In this document: in pieces, positions 25,700 through 40,061 of the stretch | Numbering within the stretch: position 1 is the first letter of the stretch | Layout of the letters: each line of letters opens with the position of its first letter | Assembly: GCA_050084515.1 (NCBI GenBank) | Contig: CM114271.1 | Span: 2,604,001 to 2,668,000, forward strand | Origin: Blasia pusilla | Taxonomy: Eukaryota | Length of the DNA: 64,000 nucleotides | Reading direction: 5' to 3' | Notes under the pieces: generated by a model | Told to the model about the DNA's origin: nothing | Database searches by the model: none | The model's input: the letters and a program-made list of their open reading frames with translations, nothing else | Made by a program: the position numbers and the translations under genes

Positions 25700-28600
25700 A
25701 CCTGATTGGGATCCCCAATAGACACATTACTTAAAGGTCTGTGACTTTGGGCAATGAATCAAGGCTACTGAATGTGTTGAACAATTCTGGTGCTACCCGA
25801 CTTAGCAATATCAAAGATATGCTCTTGCTCTGTGTGTTGTGAATTTTGCGCAGGAGACCAAGTAATGACTAGAGGTTTCGTCCCCATCGTCACACAAGGC
25901 GCAAGAGTTTAGTTGTGTTCCCATCCTCGCTTTTCTTATGGTTCAAGGGGATTGCCCCATCCTGAACTTGAACTTGAGCCGGGTTCCCAAGCAAGGGGTT
26001 CCCATAAATAGTTCTTCAGTTCTGCCCTCTCGCGATATACCGTCAAAAGAGAGAGGTCAGACATTTTCATGGCTTCCTCCATCTTTGTTCTGCTTTGTGA
26101 GCGTTTGCCCCCTTGCTTTGGTTATGGTATCCACGAATGCTTTCTCATCTTGCTCCCACAGTTCGAACTGCTTTGGGAGCTTGGATGCTTGCACAATCTC
26201 TTGAACCTTTTTCGCCCAAGATTTGGCATGTTTTTCGGGTCTTCTTTGGGTCCAGTTTTCCCAATCACCTCTTTAGGATAGCGATGGGAGTCCATTGTCT
26301 CCAGCTGCCTCCGCCATTTCAACTTGGCGATGTCGCGTCTATCCTCCAAGGGTTCCACACCTAGTTTTGATCTCACACCAACGCTGGCTGTTCGTGATGA
26401 AGTTGACATCATACCCAAACGCCTTGCCGCACGACTTCAAGCCTATCCCTTTGTTTGGTGTTGGCATCCCACACTGCTGCCCGTATTCCAGCGAGGGACG
26501 AATGGTATGCAAAATGACACAACGCTTTACTTCGATGTGATGTCCCAAGATCAGAGAAATCTGGACAGACCTTTCACCTTCTTGTGGCCTTTCTCGGTAG
26601 TCTTCTTAATGTGTGCATCCCACATGCAATCTTCCGAGAATTCTATGCCCAGATAGGTGTAGGTAGCCACACGGGGATCTCTTGGTCACCCGAGTACCCT
26701 TTGTTGGTCTTGGTCCTCCTCCTTACCATTGAAAATCATCACACCGCACTTCAAGACATTTGCCTCCATGCCCCACATGTCACACCAGATTTTGGTCGGG
26801 AGATCATCTCTTGGAGTTTCTCTCCTGTTTCCTCGAGGCCACCAAAGTCATCAGCAAACATCAGGGCAACAATAGAGAGCTGTTGCCCACCCGTATGCCT
26901 AGTCCACTATCCTCCATTTCTTCCAATAGGGAATTCACGAAAATGTTGAAGAGGATGGGGAGAGCGGGCATCCTTGAGCCACTCCTTGCTTGATGTCGAA
27001 TGTCCCACTCTTTTGGCCATTCACCAGAACTCTACTCTCCTTGTGTTCGGTACATCTTCTCCACCACCCTCCACATTTTCCCTCTCGCCCCGCCTTCCAC
27101 AAGGCTATAAGAAAGCCCGTCCACGCCATACAATGTCATATGCCTTCTTGAGGTCCAAGAAGAAGCAATAGGTGGGTTTCCCTCTTTTTCCTACCCTGGA
27201 TGATCTGATGAAGGTGAAGATGTGGTCCACGCATCCTCGGGCTTGCCGGAAGCCAACCTGGCCTTGATGATGAAATTCTCCTCCGGTGCACAGAGATCCT
27301 ATTGTTGAGTATACGGCAAAGGAGCTTCCCGACTACACTCAAGCAATGTAATACCCCTGTAGTTTCAGGGTCTTCTCCCTCACCCTTCTTGAAGAGGTTC
27401 ACGATGACTCCCATCCGCCATCTTTGTGGGATGACTTCTGCCCGCTTGAGACCAGGTTGAAGAGACTCACTAGAGAACGAGCCATAGCAAAGATCGCCAT
27501 ACTTTATGACTCATTCACAAGCTCATCACCACCGCCTGCTTTGTGGTTCACAAGTTCTTTGATCGCTGCTCCCACCTCAGCCAGGAGAACCAATCATTAT
27601 ATCGTTGCCCATCTCAACCTCATCATCTGCCTTGTCCCGTTGTATCTTTACAAAATCCTCCACCACCCTCTCAAAGTTTTGCTCTTCAAGGGATGTCCGA
27701 GCGGGCTTCCTGCCTAACTCCTTGTAATGGCCTTCCAACACATGTCGGATCTGTTTAGCTGTGGTCACCATTCCACTGTCTTTTCTCTTCAAGGCCTTTA
27801 CGTCGTTTCGCCCCTGGCCTTGCTCAATTTCTGCACTTCCATCCAGAACTTTTTCTGATTCTCAGTGAAATTCTCATTGATGGATGAGTATGTGGCTTGG
27901 TTCATTTTCTTCTTGTGCATGCGCACGAGAAGATGAGTTTCCTTGCGTAGGGCCACATACTCTGCCCACAAGGATGCATCGTCCCTGGCTTGGGCACTTG
28001 TGACATACGCTTCCCTTCGTTTGGCAATGGCTGCCTTGAGTTCCAAGGACCACCATTTGATGGCTCTGCCGCATATTATCAATTTCCTGCCGACAGCAAT
28101 CTCGGCAGCATCTGTCACTCCACGCTCCCATCATGCCAGCACCATGTCCACAGTTGTTCTTGTGAACCCAAAGGTCTTGACGGTAGATTCAATGAAAGTG
28201 TCAAATGCCAAGAGATTTTCTTCCAGCTTGCCAATGTACACCTTCTTGTTGCCCTCATCTTGGAAGTCCTCTATCCTCCATTTCTTGATCACCCTCTTCA
28301 CTGGTTTGGTCGAGCATTTTAGCCTTTGCTGCAACTCTGTCCAGACCAATGAATGATCTAATCTTCAAATGTCTGTCGCATCCATTGTGATCTTCCCACT
28401 GCGTGTGTAGAGTTCCTCATCCACAGCTATGTAGTCCATAATGGAGCTCTCATTCTCCTTGAAGTTGACCCTAGTCCAAGCCGGGGATCCCACCTTATGC
28501 CTATCATTAAGTGCCATCGTTGAAGTTCCCTCAACATCGTGATCAGCCGTGTGCCATTGCCATTCACTCTCACATCTCCAAACATCCCGATCTCCGCTGG

Positions 28601-29820
28601 GGATCGGGTGCCTTGCCCCACCCAGCTGTTGAAGTCTCCCAGCAAGACTATGTTCCCCTTTGTCTAGAACCCAAGGCAATCAGTTTTCACACTATCAAAC
28701 GCTGCCCTCTGTTCAGCAGATTCACTGTTTGTAGGCATGTAAGTACACCCGATATACATATCCCACGAGTTGCACTCAGCTTGGACTTTGACCCATATGT
28801 GTTCATACTCGAGCCCTGTGCTCATGATCTCACACTGCCCACCATGAAGTCTCGATGAAGAACCCGACACCCTTCATACCTTTTGTTGTTCTTTGGAGTG
28901 CACATCTTTCCAAACCATGCATAGTGTGGTACATGGGGTATCTCCATTAACTTGGTTTCCCAAGTTTCTGACCCCCATATATGTATTTGATTTTTCAGCA
29001 AAACTTCAGCAACCTCCATTTGCTTCATTGCATGGGTCGAGTCCACAAAAGTTCAGTACCCAAACGGAGACTGTCACTAAGTGGGTTGGGGATCGGCGGG
29101 CACGCTTTTGGCGTCGGTGTGGCTTCTTGCGACATGGAACCTCTTCATGTGCAGGCTCTTCATCGCTGGTCCCTTGAGAACACTAAAGACATTAGGTGTG
29201 TAGATCACCAGCGGTTTTGTGGAGATGGGCCTTTCCTTCAAGCTGGAACCACCTCGACTACCATAGCCCTCAGTTGTAGGCACATCTCAGATCTTGAGAC
29301 ACCTGGTTTTTGTGGCAAGCCAAGTATTGGCCTCCTCGCCCTTGATTGACGCCTTGAAGATACATTGATTGCCGTTCATCATCCGAGTAACCCTAGCAGA
29401 GCTGTGAATTCAAAGCCCAAAGCTGCACAAGACATGATCTTAAATGAGACAAAGTCTTGTGGGGACGACACGAAAATGATCATGTGGAACCGTGGTCTCC
29501 TCCTGTAGACCAGATTGAACTCGCTGCCCAGGTCCGAACTCTGGGGGGCCTTTGAGCGTCTCACATAAACATGCCGGTATTCCCCACCCAGCTTGGGGAT
29601 GTTGGGCTTTGGTATGCGCCTTTGATAGGTGAACTGATACTCCTCACAAGCTTGGGAGGATGGAGATATGTTGGGCTCAAGGCCGCTGATTATATGTAGA
29701 AGTTTGGCAAACAACTGATTTAGGATCTGGGGAGAATGTTTAAGCTCCCAGTCCGAGAGTCCAGACAGGGACTCGCTGTCCTATTTGTGCGGAGGGGCTG
29801 CCTCCAAGCGGCAGGGTGCC
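25700..29820 (-). mobile_element. APE-type LINE (RTE/RTEX-like) with frameshifted ORF2 (endonuclease + RT) and a short ORF1-like region; 3' limit uncertain
   Basis: APE motifs SETW, LGDFNSWVG and IMDYIAV lie at 28365-29046. RT motifs IVNLFKKG...LSVVGKL, QGVAQGCPLSP and YLGIEFS, and a C-terminal LGVEPLEDRRDIAKLKW, lie at 26100-27420. Many 1-2-nt indels. Confidence 0.85.
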
Positions 29821-30009
<189 letters not shown>

Positions 30010-30458
30010 CTTTCTCAAGTCACCTTTCTCTTGTTGAGCCTTTGGAGCACATCTCTTGCTTGTGTGAGGTAGAAGCTAGTGTGTTAGAGTCGGAATTCTC
30101 TCATGGCGATGGCGCAGGATGGATATGGCTTGATATGCCACTATCAATTTGAGAGTGAAGTTGGTGGTGTAAGCTATTTTAACTTCAATTTTACATGAGA
30201 AAGATGTCAAGGAGCAAGGGAAACTTGTTGTATGCAGATGGGCAAGCGAGTTGATTTATTGGAAAGCCCTTGAGGCATTTTGCTTACATCTTTTCTTTTT
30301 TTTTCCTTTCGAAAGATCGTATGTGAAAATGTTGCTCTTTTTTGTTGCTTTTTATGTTTAGCGGACCAATGAAAGGTAGTAGCAAAGTGACGGGAGCAAT
30401 GATCATGTGTAGTATGTAGGTAGCAACATTGAGACTAAAGAAAGCCGCGTAAGTCGGA

Positions 30459-30780
30459 TGTCTTGCGCCTACTCCTCTTGAACATCAATCTAATATATTG
30501 CCGAAGCACACGTTCAAAAGGTCACGCTCACTCTGCTGATTTGCACCCAAACATCTCGCCAAACACACTATGATTAGTCTTGATTTGAATCAATCAGCCT
30601 TCTAACTCCACGAATACTCAACTTGGATAATACATCACGCTCAAAAGGTCCTAATTTCTCACTTCCTAACACGAAAAAATCTTTAAAGACTTGGGACATA
30701 CTTTCTAGATAGTCTAGGCATCTAAAATGACGCTTACACACCTAGCGGTCCCAAATGTTCAATATATTGAAGACTAAGTT
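30459..30780 (-). mobile_element. Truncated, diverged LTR of the chromovirus family
   Basis: It begins TGTCTTGCGCCTACTCCTCTTGAAC and contains AAAGACTTGGGACATACTT and CCTAGCGGT, as in the LTR at 42154. Confidence 0.65.
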
Positions 30781-30829
30781 GCAGTCAAGCTCATCAGATA
30801 TCTGAACCGCTACATTTGAAACTCACACA

Positions 30830-32145
30830 AAGTAGGGAAGCTTAATCTTGGTTAGTCAGTTAAGCGCGATTATTTTAACTAGGGTTAGTTAATCACAGTT
30901 AGTCTAACTCGAGACTGTGGTTAAGATTAGGGTTAGGTTTGCTTGTACATACCCTATATAATTAAGAAGGGGACCAACCTCCATTCATTCTCTCATTGCA
31001 AATTTTTTTTCTCCATGGTGGTGTGTGAGTGTGAGAGCCGTTTCCCACCAATTATGCTTCTTTAGTAGTTTTCTACATGGTATTAGAGCGATACGAGAAC
31101 ATCAGTTGAAATTAAATGGTGTTAAAGGAGAGAAGAGAGGCAAGAGAAGGCAAAGTTACAGTTTGGGAGAAGGAAATTTTGTTCATAAGTCAGTGGGTGC
31201 AGATTTCAGGTGGAGTTATGACAGTGACAAAACTTTGCAGGCATTTTTAAGGGCTTTCCCGTTCGATTTTTCCATCTGGGTCCGCAACAGTCAAAAAAAT
31301 GCCAATGAGTTCATGATTTCATGTAGAGCGCATCGAGAGCTTTCCAACGCATCCAAAATCGCTCAATTTTGACATTATGAGCTCTTGCAGTATAAATTTG
31401 AATGTAGGAAAGTGCAATTAGTGAAGAAAAGTTGTGAAGTTTGCTCTCTATATGCTAATTTCAACTAGTTCTTTCATAAAATTGATCAATTTTGGCAAAT
31501 TTCAAGTCCATTTCTATTGTGGAGTAGTCTATGCTTCAATTGGAGCAGTGGAGAGCTTGAAATTATAGTTTTATGAGTAAAATCGCTCCTCATGAAATAT
31601 TCCTCAACAACAATCAGAAGCAAGAAGCTAGATAAGCAAAATTACAATGTCTAGAAGTTTCGTATGAAACAATTTCTCATGGGTTAAGAACTATGAGATC
31701 TTGTTACAAGTGATAAGGCAAAGCTAGAAGGTGACTCAATAGACTTGAATGTTTACGCTTGGAAAAAAGGCGCAAGGCAAGTAATTCACTACATTTCAAT
31801 AACGATCAGTTTGCCAATGATAGGTCACATTCCAGATGTTGATAGTCCGAAGGAGGCCTAGGATGCATTGGAAAAGCTGTTCCAGACATCTACAAAGGCC
31901 AGAAAGCTTCAATTGAAATAACAATTGAACAAAGTGAGGAAAGAATCGTAGAGCATCAATGACTATATTTTGAGTGTGACATATTGTTGATAAATTGAAC
32001 AATACTGGAGTGAGAGTAGAAGATGATGATCTGATTCAGTTCACTCTTCAAGGCCTTCCAAAGGATTACAAATCCTTTGAGACATCTATCTTTGTAAGAG
32101 AGAGGTATCCAACCTTTCAAGAGTTAGTCCCACTGTTAATCAGTA
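30830..32145 (+). mobile_element. Ty1/Copia relic: LTR end (CA at 31076-31077), Met-tRNA-type PBS and pseudogenised gag
   Basis: ...CTACA|TGGTATTAGAGC at 31078-31089 is one mismatch from TGGTATCAGAGC. A gag-like NYNV*KFRMKQFLMG*EL*DLV starts at ~31641 and FTLQGLPKDYKSF lies at ~32040. Confidence 0.7.
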
Positions 32146-32319
32146 ACCTCACAAGCTAAATGATTCAGTAGTATGGAGCCGGTGAAAGATCCTGCAATCG
32201 TGCTCACAGGAGATGGCACTCGGCATCAAGGTTGCACGGAAACGGACAAGTCCGTCCATGGGACGCACATCACCACGGACATGGAACACCAGATGCGAGC
32301 ACGGGTTTTTATGTAACCC

Positions 32320-32730
32320 ATATCGAGCGCACGGGCTCCACTTGCGAGCTCCGATGAAAAGTGCAGGCCTCAGTCGCGACGCGGGCGGCAAGCAAGCGCA
32401 ACGTGCGGGCTAGGTCGCATGCTTGTTGCGGGCTAGGATGCCGGCCGCGAAGCACGCGTCCGGGCTGATTACGGGTCAATTGTGGGCCTCCGAGCCCGCA
32501 AGCGGGCTGCTTGCGGGCGAGGGCGCGGGCTCCCATGCGGGCTGCCCAACCCACTCACGGGCTCGTCGCGGGCCTTGGAGCCCTTGTGTAGGCTAGGTCG
32601 CGAGCCGCCAAGCCCATGTGTGGGCTGATTGCGGACCTAAGAGCCTAATGCGGGCTCGCATGCGGGTCACTAGGCCCTAGAGCCTGTTTGCGGGCTACGT
32701 CACGGGCCGCGGAGCCCTCGAGCGGACTGC
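32320..32730 (+). repeat. GC-rich degenerate array of GCGGGC(T)/GAGCCC motifs
   Basis: Many copies of (T/C)GCGGGCT and GAGCCC within ~400 bp, sharply more GC-rich than the flanks. Confidence 0.6.
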
Positions 32731-32747
32731 TTTCCTTAGTCCATTGT

Positions 32748-33750
32748 TTTCGTGCGTCTACTCTTCTTGAACGTTAATCTTTGTTTGTTGCGGGAGCGTG
32801 CGTTCGGTAGGTCACGCTCTCAACGTTGATCTGCATCCAAACACGCACTCTCGTTAGTTGGGTTTAGATCAATCAGCGGGCTAACTTTCTGAGGTCTCGT
32901 CTCGGTCTCTTATCGAGCTCAACCTTCCTAGTTTCGTAGTTTATAACATAGGAAAGTCTCGAAAGACTTGGGACAGACTTTCTGGTCGGTTCAGGAACCT
33001 TAAACGGCGTTTTGTGCCAAGAAATTCCAAATGTTCCATGGACATCAAATGAGTCCCTAATTGAGACTCACACAAAATGAATGAAGGGTCGGAATCCAAG
33101 TGTGGCGTATAAAGTCCACTCCCTTGGATCAGATTTGGGTTTTGAGTTCCAAGGCCATACTCTCGTGCCCTTGAGACGCCGTTTGGTGCTCAAAGTGGGG
33201 TTTGTGTTCCAAGACATCTTGGAAAGACTCCATCTTACTAGTACGTTTGGGGATCTCCGGGGTCCTCCTAACTTTAGGGAAAGACAGCCGGGCCCCTCAA
33301 ATTGGCCCTCAACCCGATTGCTCTCACAATCATTTTTGGACAATATCTCAGTCTGTACTAATGCGTTTGTTGAGATCTTTGGTGCGTTGGAAGCGTCTCA
33401 AGATAAGGTTTCTAACGCGCCCTTACTTGGAGCTAAAATTTATGTTTCAAAACATAGTCAAATTCCCCAAACGCTAGTCGTGTTCCAAAACTAGTTCTCA
33501 CCTCTTTAGCAATCAACCTTCCAAGACTCAACTCATCACACGTCTTGGTTCTCGTTTGGTCTAGGTTTCCTGATCGTGACCACTACCGCATGAAACGTAC
33601 AACTTTGTTCTGCGTTTTGTCCCTTGGACTTTTCCAAGAGACCTTCCAAAAGCCTCTCCAAAGCGCGATCATTGTCGCGTGAGTCCACTTGAGTTCTGAT
33701 GTTCCGCTTGGTGCCTATCTGGTGTTCGTTTGGTTATGAGGGTCCCGAAA
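32748..33750 (-). mobile_element. Solo LTR (~1.0 kb) of the chromovirus family with 5-bp TSD ATTGT
   Basis: Collinear with LTR 42154-43170 over its whole length. ATTGT occurs at 32743-32747 and 33751-33755. The termini have decayed to TTTC...GAAA. Confidence 0.9.
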
Positions 33751-36700
33751 ATTGTGGGATCTTGGTGTACATGCATGAGTCCATTTTTGTGTTTGTGGAC
33801 CTACGTATATGTTGGGAAGATTGATAATGTGTGTTGTGTAGACATATAGACATAATCATCGATGGGGATTATGTATGCGCATAATATGGATGACCATAAG
33901 GGGATAAGTAGATTGGGGAAGGAGGAGGATCCGAAGAAAGAGTGAGAATAAGGGTAGAAAGACAAGAATTGCAAGCAAGGTTGAGATGAGATATATAAGG
34001 ATGGCAAAGTAGTAGGATTCGGTAGTAATGGATTGAGATTATGATGAATAAGAAGGGACAAAGAGGGGAATAGAGGAGGATAAGGAAGAAAAGTATGGAG
34101 GATAATGGTTGTATGAGTATATAGAGGAAATTTGCAAAGCTATGATGAGGAGGGGAATAAGGGGGAGAGCTTACAGTTGAAGGAGGGTATATAACACAAG
34201 ATAAGAAAGTAAATGGATTCTTCATGTTCATATCCATAGAACCAAAAATAGACATGTCATTTAAGACAAGAGCATACTTATGAACCGTAATTTTATGAAA
34301 ATATGAGGATAAAGACCATAATAAAAATAATAGAATCCATCCAAAAATAGATTTAGAAGGAAAGAATAAGATTAGACAAAAATACATTCATGATTGAAAG
34401 TATTTTTGTCTAATCCCTAAGACAAAAATATTTAGAATAGCCTAAACTATAAGAAACATAAGAAGCACGTGATAAGGAGAAGTGACATGTATGGTATCAA
34501 AAGAAGTGGCACAAGAATATGAATTTATAATGCTTTTAAGGAGATAGCAAATATAGGGATGGGCGAAGTAGTAAGATAAAGTGCTGAAAGAGCAAGGAAG
34601 ACATATGAGAGGAATTGGCCTAAAACAAACTTGTAAAAAAATAGGTGCCAATAGAGAAAGAAAAAAAAACTAGAAAAATCACTTGGTATGATAAGAATGA
34701 GCTTGTAAAGACAATCGTAACAAGACCAAGCATACCAAAAACCGATATTCCAAGAGAAAGTTACAAAGGAAATTGCAAACACAAAAAAGAGGATGTGAGG
34801 AGGAAGTGAAAGCCGTCCACCGACGTTCGGTATGAAGAGATATAGTCGTAATGTTAGGCCCAACAACTACCAAAATATTGAGAAAATCAAGAGGAATCCT
34901 TCGAACCGATTTTAGCTCGGAATCACACTATAAGAAGAGCGCAATATTTGAAATTGCATTTAGGAATCTATTAGCATATGCATGAGAGTAGAAGGTCCAT
35001 ATATCCCAAAATTTTGGAAAATCTCAACATAAGTGGAAAAAAGGAAAACCCAAAATTCAAGCTTGAGAAGATGAACAAGTTTAGACTAATTTCAAAAATA
35101 TGAGAGCACAGTTGAAATGGTTACAAGCGAAACCCTCAATGATCCTCCATCTGCTCCTCAACGGTTGTCATTCCATTCCTCCTCTCCACTCCAACTTCAT
35201 TAATTTCCTCTCCAAATCCAACCCAACTAGCATTATAGATACATAACCCCAAAAAAATTGACCATTACTAACATAGGGAAGTTCCATTCCAAATAAAAAT
35301 TGTGAAATAAAAAATATCCACGAAGTCAAGAAGGTGTATAAAGTGATGTTGACGTAATTTTACGTCCCCATTCTTATCTTTTTTTATGATCTCCTTTACC
35401 ATTTTAATGTTTTTTTCAAAAATTTATTTATTTCTTTGCACAAACTTTATTTTATTTTTTCTTTTCTTTTTCATTACTTTTGTAAACGTGCATAACCCTA
35501 ATAAGGGTTATTTTAAACTCCTTTTATGAACAAACATTGAAGAACATAGTCACCAAATAAAAATAACAATTGCAAAACCACAAGAGTCAACGGACCCAAA
35601 GACCACAACAATCAAAGAATTAAAAAACATTAAATTCATAAATATAACATTAATTTGAAATTATTTCTTTCCTATATCGCTTTCCTACAAAATCATAAGA
35701 AACATCATCCTCTTTCAAAAGTCGCGAGCAAAGGACTAACCCCAATATGATGGTGGTGTTGACTACGAGTTTTCCTCGTCCATTTTTGTCGCGAAGACTC
35801 ATACGCTTTCTCTACCCTAAAACGCTTTCCTGACAAGAAAATTCAAGAGGTTTTTTTAAAGACTCTCAGATGTTGCGGTATTCGACAGTTTCCACTTTGC
35901 TGATCATTCATTCGCACATGCGAGAAGTGTTTGTCGTCGTCGCAGTATCATTGCATGTTACGCTACGCGGAGCTGCGCTGTGTTTGCAAATGTGTTCTGT
36001 GCATTTTTGGTTTCCTGTTGTTGGGAAAACGTGGCGTCGTGTCTTTCAATTTTCCGGATCGTATCGTGCTGCTGAAGTCTCGGTCGGTCGGTATTGCCGG
36101 ACGGATAGATGGATAGATAGATAGATACACTTGCAACAAAAGTTTCGCGCGCGCTTTTAGTCGGGCCGACGTGACATCGTGTGTCGTTCAAATCTCCACG
36201 GGTTCTGTCGTTGCTTGCGTCTGGGTATTACGTCCATTGCGATCGTTTGCGGTCTCGTCGTATGGCTCTGCTTCTTTCGGTACTCAGCGAAAGTGTTCAT
36301 TCATACGTAGTGGCGTTCACATCTTCCCATCATGATGCTGCGAACGCCAAAACCCTAAATCTGGCCTTCTTGTCCTAGCAAATCGTAGGATTGTGGATGT
36401 GCATTCACATTCTCCATGTCTTGGATACACTGGAATCTCTCAGTGATCTCTTCGCATTTGCTCCCGCCAATCGCAGACCTGCCAAGTGTTGTGCATACAC
36501 TCTCCATCGCTTGCGAAAGACAGGAAATCCTAAACCGTCTATTGGCATTCGTTCCCACGAATAATATACTTATTGATGTTGCGTATGCACATTGAGCATC
36601 TCTGCCCGACGCGAATTTCACTTGCGACGTGAGTGGTCATTTCACTATGTATTATGGGAATGTGGTCCCAGAACTCGAAATGATATTTTGCAGTGGTTTT

Positions 36701-37333
36701 AGGACTCGTCAGTCTGAATAAAGACCATGGGCGTCGGGATCCTGCAGAAGCTTCCTACTGTATTACTGAATCATCTCTTTACGTGGTTACAGACAGTAGC
36801 CATGTAGTGCACAATTTCCAGGTATTAGCAGGAACTAATTTCTTCTCATTTCAAGATTGCAGACACCATGATTTCCCCATCGTCTTTGGGTCTGGATGCT
36901 CCACAAATTCCCTTCTGCAACGGTACAGGAAACCCTAAACTTTCTCTTTGAGTTACCGCAAATCGTAAACATGTAGATGTGGCGTATGTACAACGTTCAT
37001 CTCTAGCAGAAACGAGTTTCTTTTTAGTTCAGGAGTGCTAGTCCCAAAATTAAGTAGGGCGTTGCCGTATGAATCTATATTTGTACAAGCTGAAGTGTAT
37101 TGTACGGTGAGGCTTCGGACCTCATGAGGCTTTTCGCCATTCAAGATAATCACTACGATGAAAACCTGCGAAGCCATGTTTACGCGAGCAACTTTGCATG
37201 CCCTAATCTCAATAGCTGGTACCTTGCGATACAGAAGTGCGATCAGAGAATATTACACAACTGATGTCAAATGGAAGCCATCTGAATGGAATGGGTACAG
37301 ATGTGCAGCAGATTGTAGAGAGATGGAGCCTAT

Positions 37334-39603
37334 TCACTGTGCAGAATGGGGGTGGTGCAATGGGAGATACGAGCCACGGTGCCCATTTCTGATCCGGATG
37401 GACTTCTTGGAACCCAGCCACTTCTTCTTGGCAGCTTTTTTCTTTCGTCTAGTCGTGATGAAAGAATAAAGCGGACTCGCTCCGAAGCATGCGAGCAGCA
37501 ACACCACAATCACCGCACAAATGAGCATGACGTTTCGAAATCCATGTTCCAATGTGGGGTCTATTTGCTTCGTCCATGGCACTCCGCCCACATTCATGCC
37601 AAAAGCTGCACATTCCAACAGAAAAGAGCAGTGATCAGTGATCATCCAGGAACCGATTATAGATGGCTGTTACCCTACTTACGATTGGAATTGTTCTCTC
37701 CCACAGTCGACATGATGGAAATGGGAACATCCGACTTGAGGATGGTGAAGCGATGGCTACGGATGGTTAGCACAACAATCCGAATGTACGATGAGTGGGC
37801 CAGCGTTCATCCCTAAGCTGGATGCGGTGGCACAGGCGGATGGTGGGAAATTACCTCCGGTTACGATCGATAATGGAAGGAAGATCATCGACAAAAACGA
37901 GAGGTAGTAGAGCTTGCGATTGATCTGTTCGTTCTGCCAGCTATCTAGACCGGCTTGAATGGCTGCTATTCTGTTGGCAATGAAGCCCACGTTCTCTTTC
38001 AGCTTGCGCAGACGCTGCACCAGGACATCCAGCTCGACGATGTCCTCCGCCGTGCACCATCTCTTGCCTGCGCACTTATCCTTCATTCGCGGGAACACCT
38101 GTTCCCCATGCGCTATGACCTGCAGCAGTCGCTGCAAGTCCAGATGCATCTTAGGAAACCTTCTGTCATCCAGCATCTCCTTCCTCACGACGTAACCTCC
38201 TGAAATGTTCACCACGTAACGCTTTCAACGACAGATGCTTAAGATTCTTGCTGTTCTTCAAAAGCGCTCCGTCTATCTGCGACTCTCGTTGCAAATCAGG
38301 CCTCCACATTTTGAGCCTAGTCCAAAATCTACACATGTGCTTCGCATTTATTTCTCCGAAAGTGGCACAGGAAATCCCAGTGACAGGACCGACAGTTCCA
38401 ATCGCTACCTTCGAATCTATCACGCACGGTGAACATGCTCACGGCAATGGACGACGGAGCGAATTGACGCGACATGATCTCAGAACTAAGACGAGGAAGC
38501 GAAGAAAAGGAACAAAGCGCAGGGAAAGATATAGTCAGGAGCGGGAGAAACGAAGCCATCCCTAAACATTTAGTACAGAGTCCAAAATCTATGCATATTC
38601 GTTGCATTGGCTTCTCCGACAAGTGCATTAGAAAAATTGCAGTCGGTGACAGTACTGACGACAGTTCCAATCGCCACCACGCACAGAGAACGTGTTGGCT
38701 GCAATGATCTACGGAGCGAATTTGCGAGACATACATGATCTCAGAGGAGAGAGGCAGCGAAGTATACCACAAATGAGTACACGGCGCAATAGAGGAGACC
38801 GTGAGGAGCGGAAACAGCGGCAGTGGAATGGGGGACTTACCAGTGTCTAATTCTCGCTCAACATCGTCCAGATCCATCTCGAGCTTGATGACTATGTCCT
38901 GGAGCTGGTCGACGTGCGTGTCGATGATATGTACAAGTAAATTTGACACGCACTTCGGCACCGGATTGTCGGCGTGCTCGGGATGGTTCATTGTCAACAA
39001 GAAGTCCAGCACATGTTCTTGGATCGCAATCCCCCGGGAACTGAGCGGTCCAGGTAAGGGTAGCATCGTATCCAGTTCGGTTTCCAATCTTGGCACCTCT
39101 GTGAGCAAAGACTCCGTCATCACAGATGAGAATTCCAGCCTCGGTATCCTTCCCAGAGAAACGCTGATCACCCTGTCATCCGTGACGAGGGCCGCGATTT
39201 TGTGGGTGAACTCGCTGGTGGTCGGGCCAGCGGAATTGACTCGGAACACCAGTGCACCATCAATCGATCCACAATATGGGCCGTTGCTGACGAGAGCAAG
39301 AATCTCTTGGAGCTTCAAGGGAGGGCAGAAGAGATCGATGAGATATTGAGCGGCCAATGTCAGCCTTTGGTCGGATCTTGGAAGCTCCACGTGAAACCAG
39401 GAGAAGCCTTCCATCTCCCTCTGCTTCAGGTCCCACTCTTTGCTGCTGAATTTACCATGCCCATCGAAAGTGTACGCCGTCTTCTTCACTGCACCTGGAA
39501 ATACGAGCTTATGCTGCCTCCTACCACTGTCCGGTGAAGTTGCGTTGAGCAATTCTGTCTCCGTGTTCGGATCGTCATTGGCGTAGTCGCGATCCTGATC
39601 CAT
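37334..39603 (-). CDS. CorA/ZntB-like divalent cation (Mg2+/Zn2+) transporter, ~459 aa; exons 39603-38841, 38199-37855, 37605-37334
   Basis: GT-AG introns join in phase: MDQDRDY...SWFHVELP...DVERELDT|GGYVVRKEMLDDRRFPKMHL...QINRKLYYLSFLSMIFLPLSIVTG|AFGMNVGGVPW...second TM helix. The CorA GMN signature follows TM1. A 5'-UTR intron acceptor lies at 39649-39650. Confidence 0.92.
38318..38750. repeat. Diverged direct duplication (~260-bp period) in CorA intron 1
   Basis: AGTCCAAAATCTA, TTCTCCGA, GACAGTTCCAATCGC, ACGGAGCGAATT and CATGATCTCAGA each occur twice in the same order. Confidence 0.75.
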
Positions 39604-40019
39604 GGTTTCTTCCCGACACAACACCACTTCCACTCAGTTCTCACTGGCCTGCAAAGTGCTGCGCCGGCATTCGATCACGCAGAGTGCAGATCTCTAAAAC
39701 CCATCATTACCAGCCATGTCTCGAATTCTCGCCCGGAGTCGGGTGGCGTCCGGTCCGATTCTGCAGCCCAATCGAACAACAGGAGTCTACATCTCAGAAC
39801 CTTCCTTTCCGGTTAATCTTTCACCCCATGATTGTGCAGAATCCCAACTCCCTTACCTACACAAACGCACTTCCCGACGCTTCCAGCATCCCGTCACCCC
39901 AATTCTCTCCCGCGCTCAATTCTGCTCCGCCACTCTACCTTCCTCCTCATCAACTTTCCTCGGCTTCTGCTATCCTCCTACTCCTCAGTCCCGCCCTCCG
40001 TCCCCGCGAGCTACCCATC

Positions 40020-40061
<42 letters not shown>

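Noticed and set aside
33760-35100. Possible decayed DNA-transposon (MULE/hAT) coding relics here and at 14000-14950 and 63000-64000
   Set aside because: They are too degenerate to assign motifs by eye.
38329-38840. C-terminal extension of the 434-aa ORF as part of the CorA protein
   Set aside because: It is read-through into intron 1. The GTAAGT donor at 38840 splices in phase to the conserved exon at 38199.
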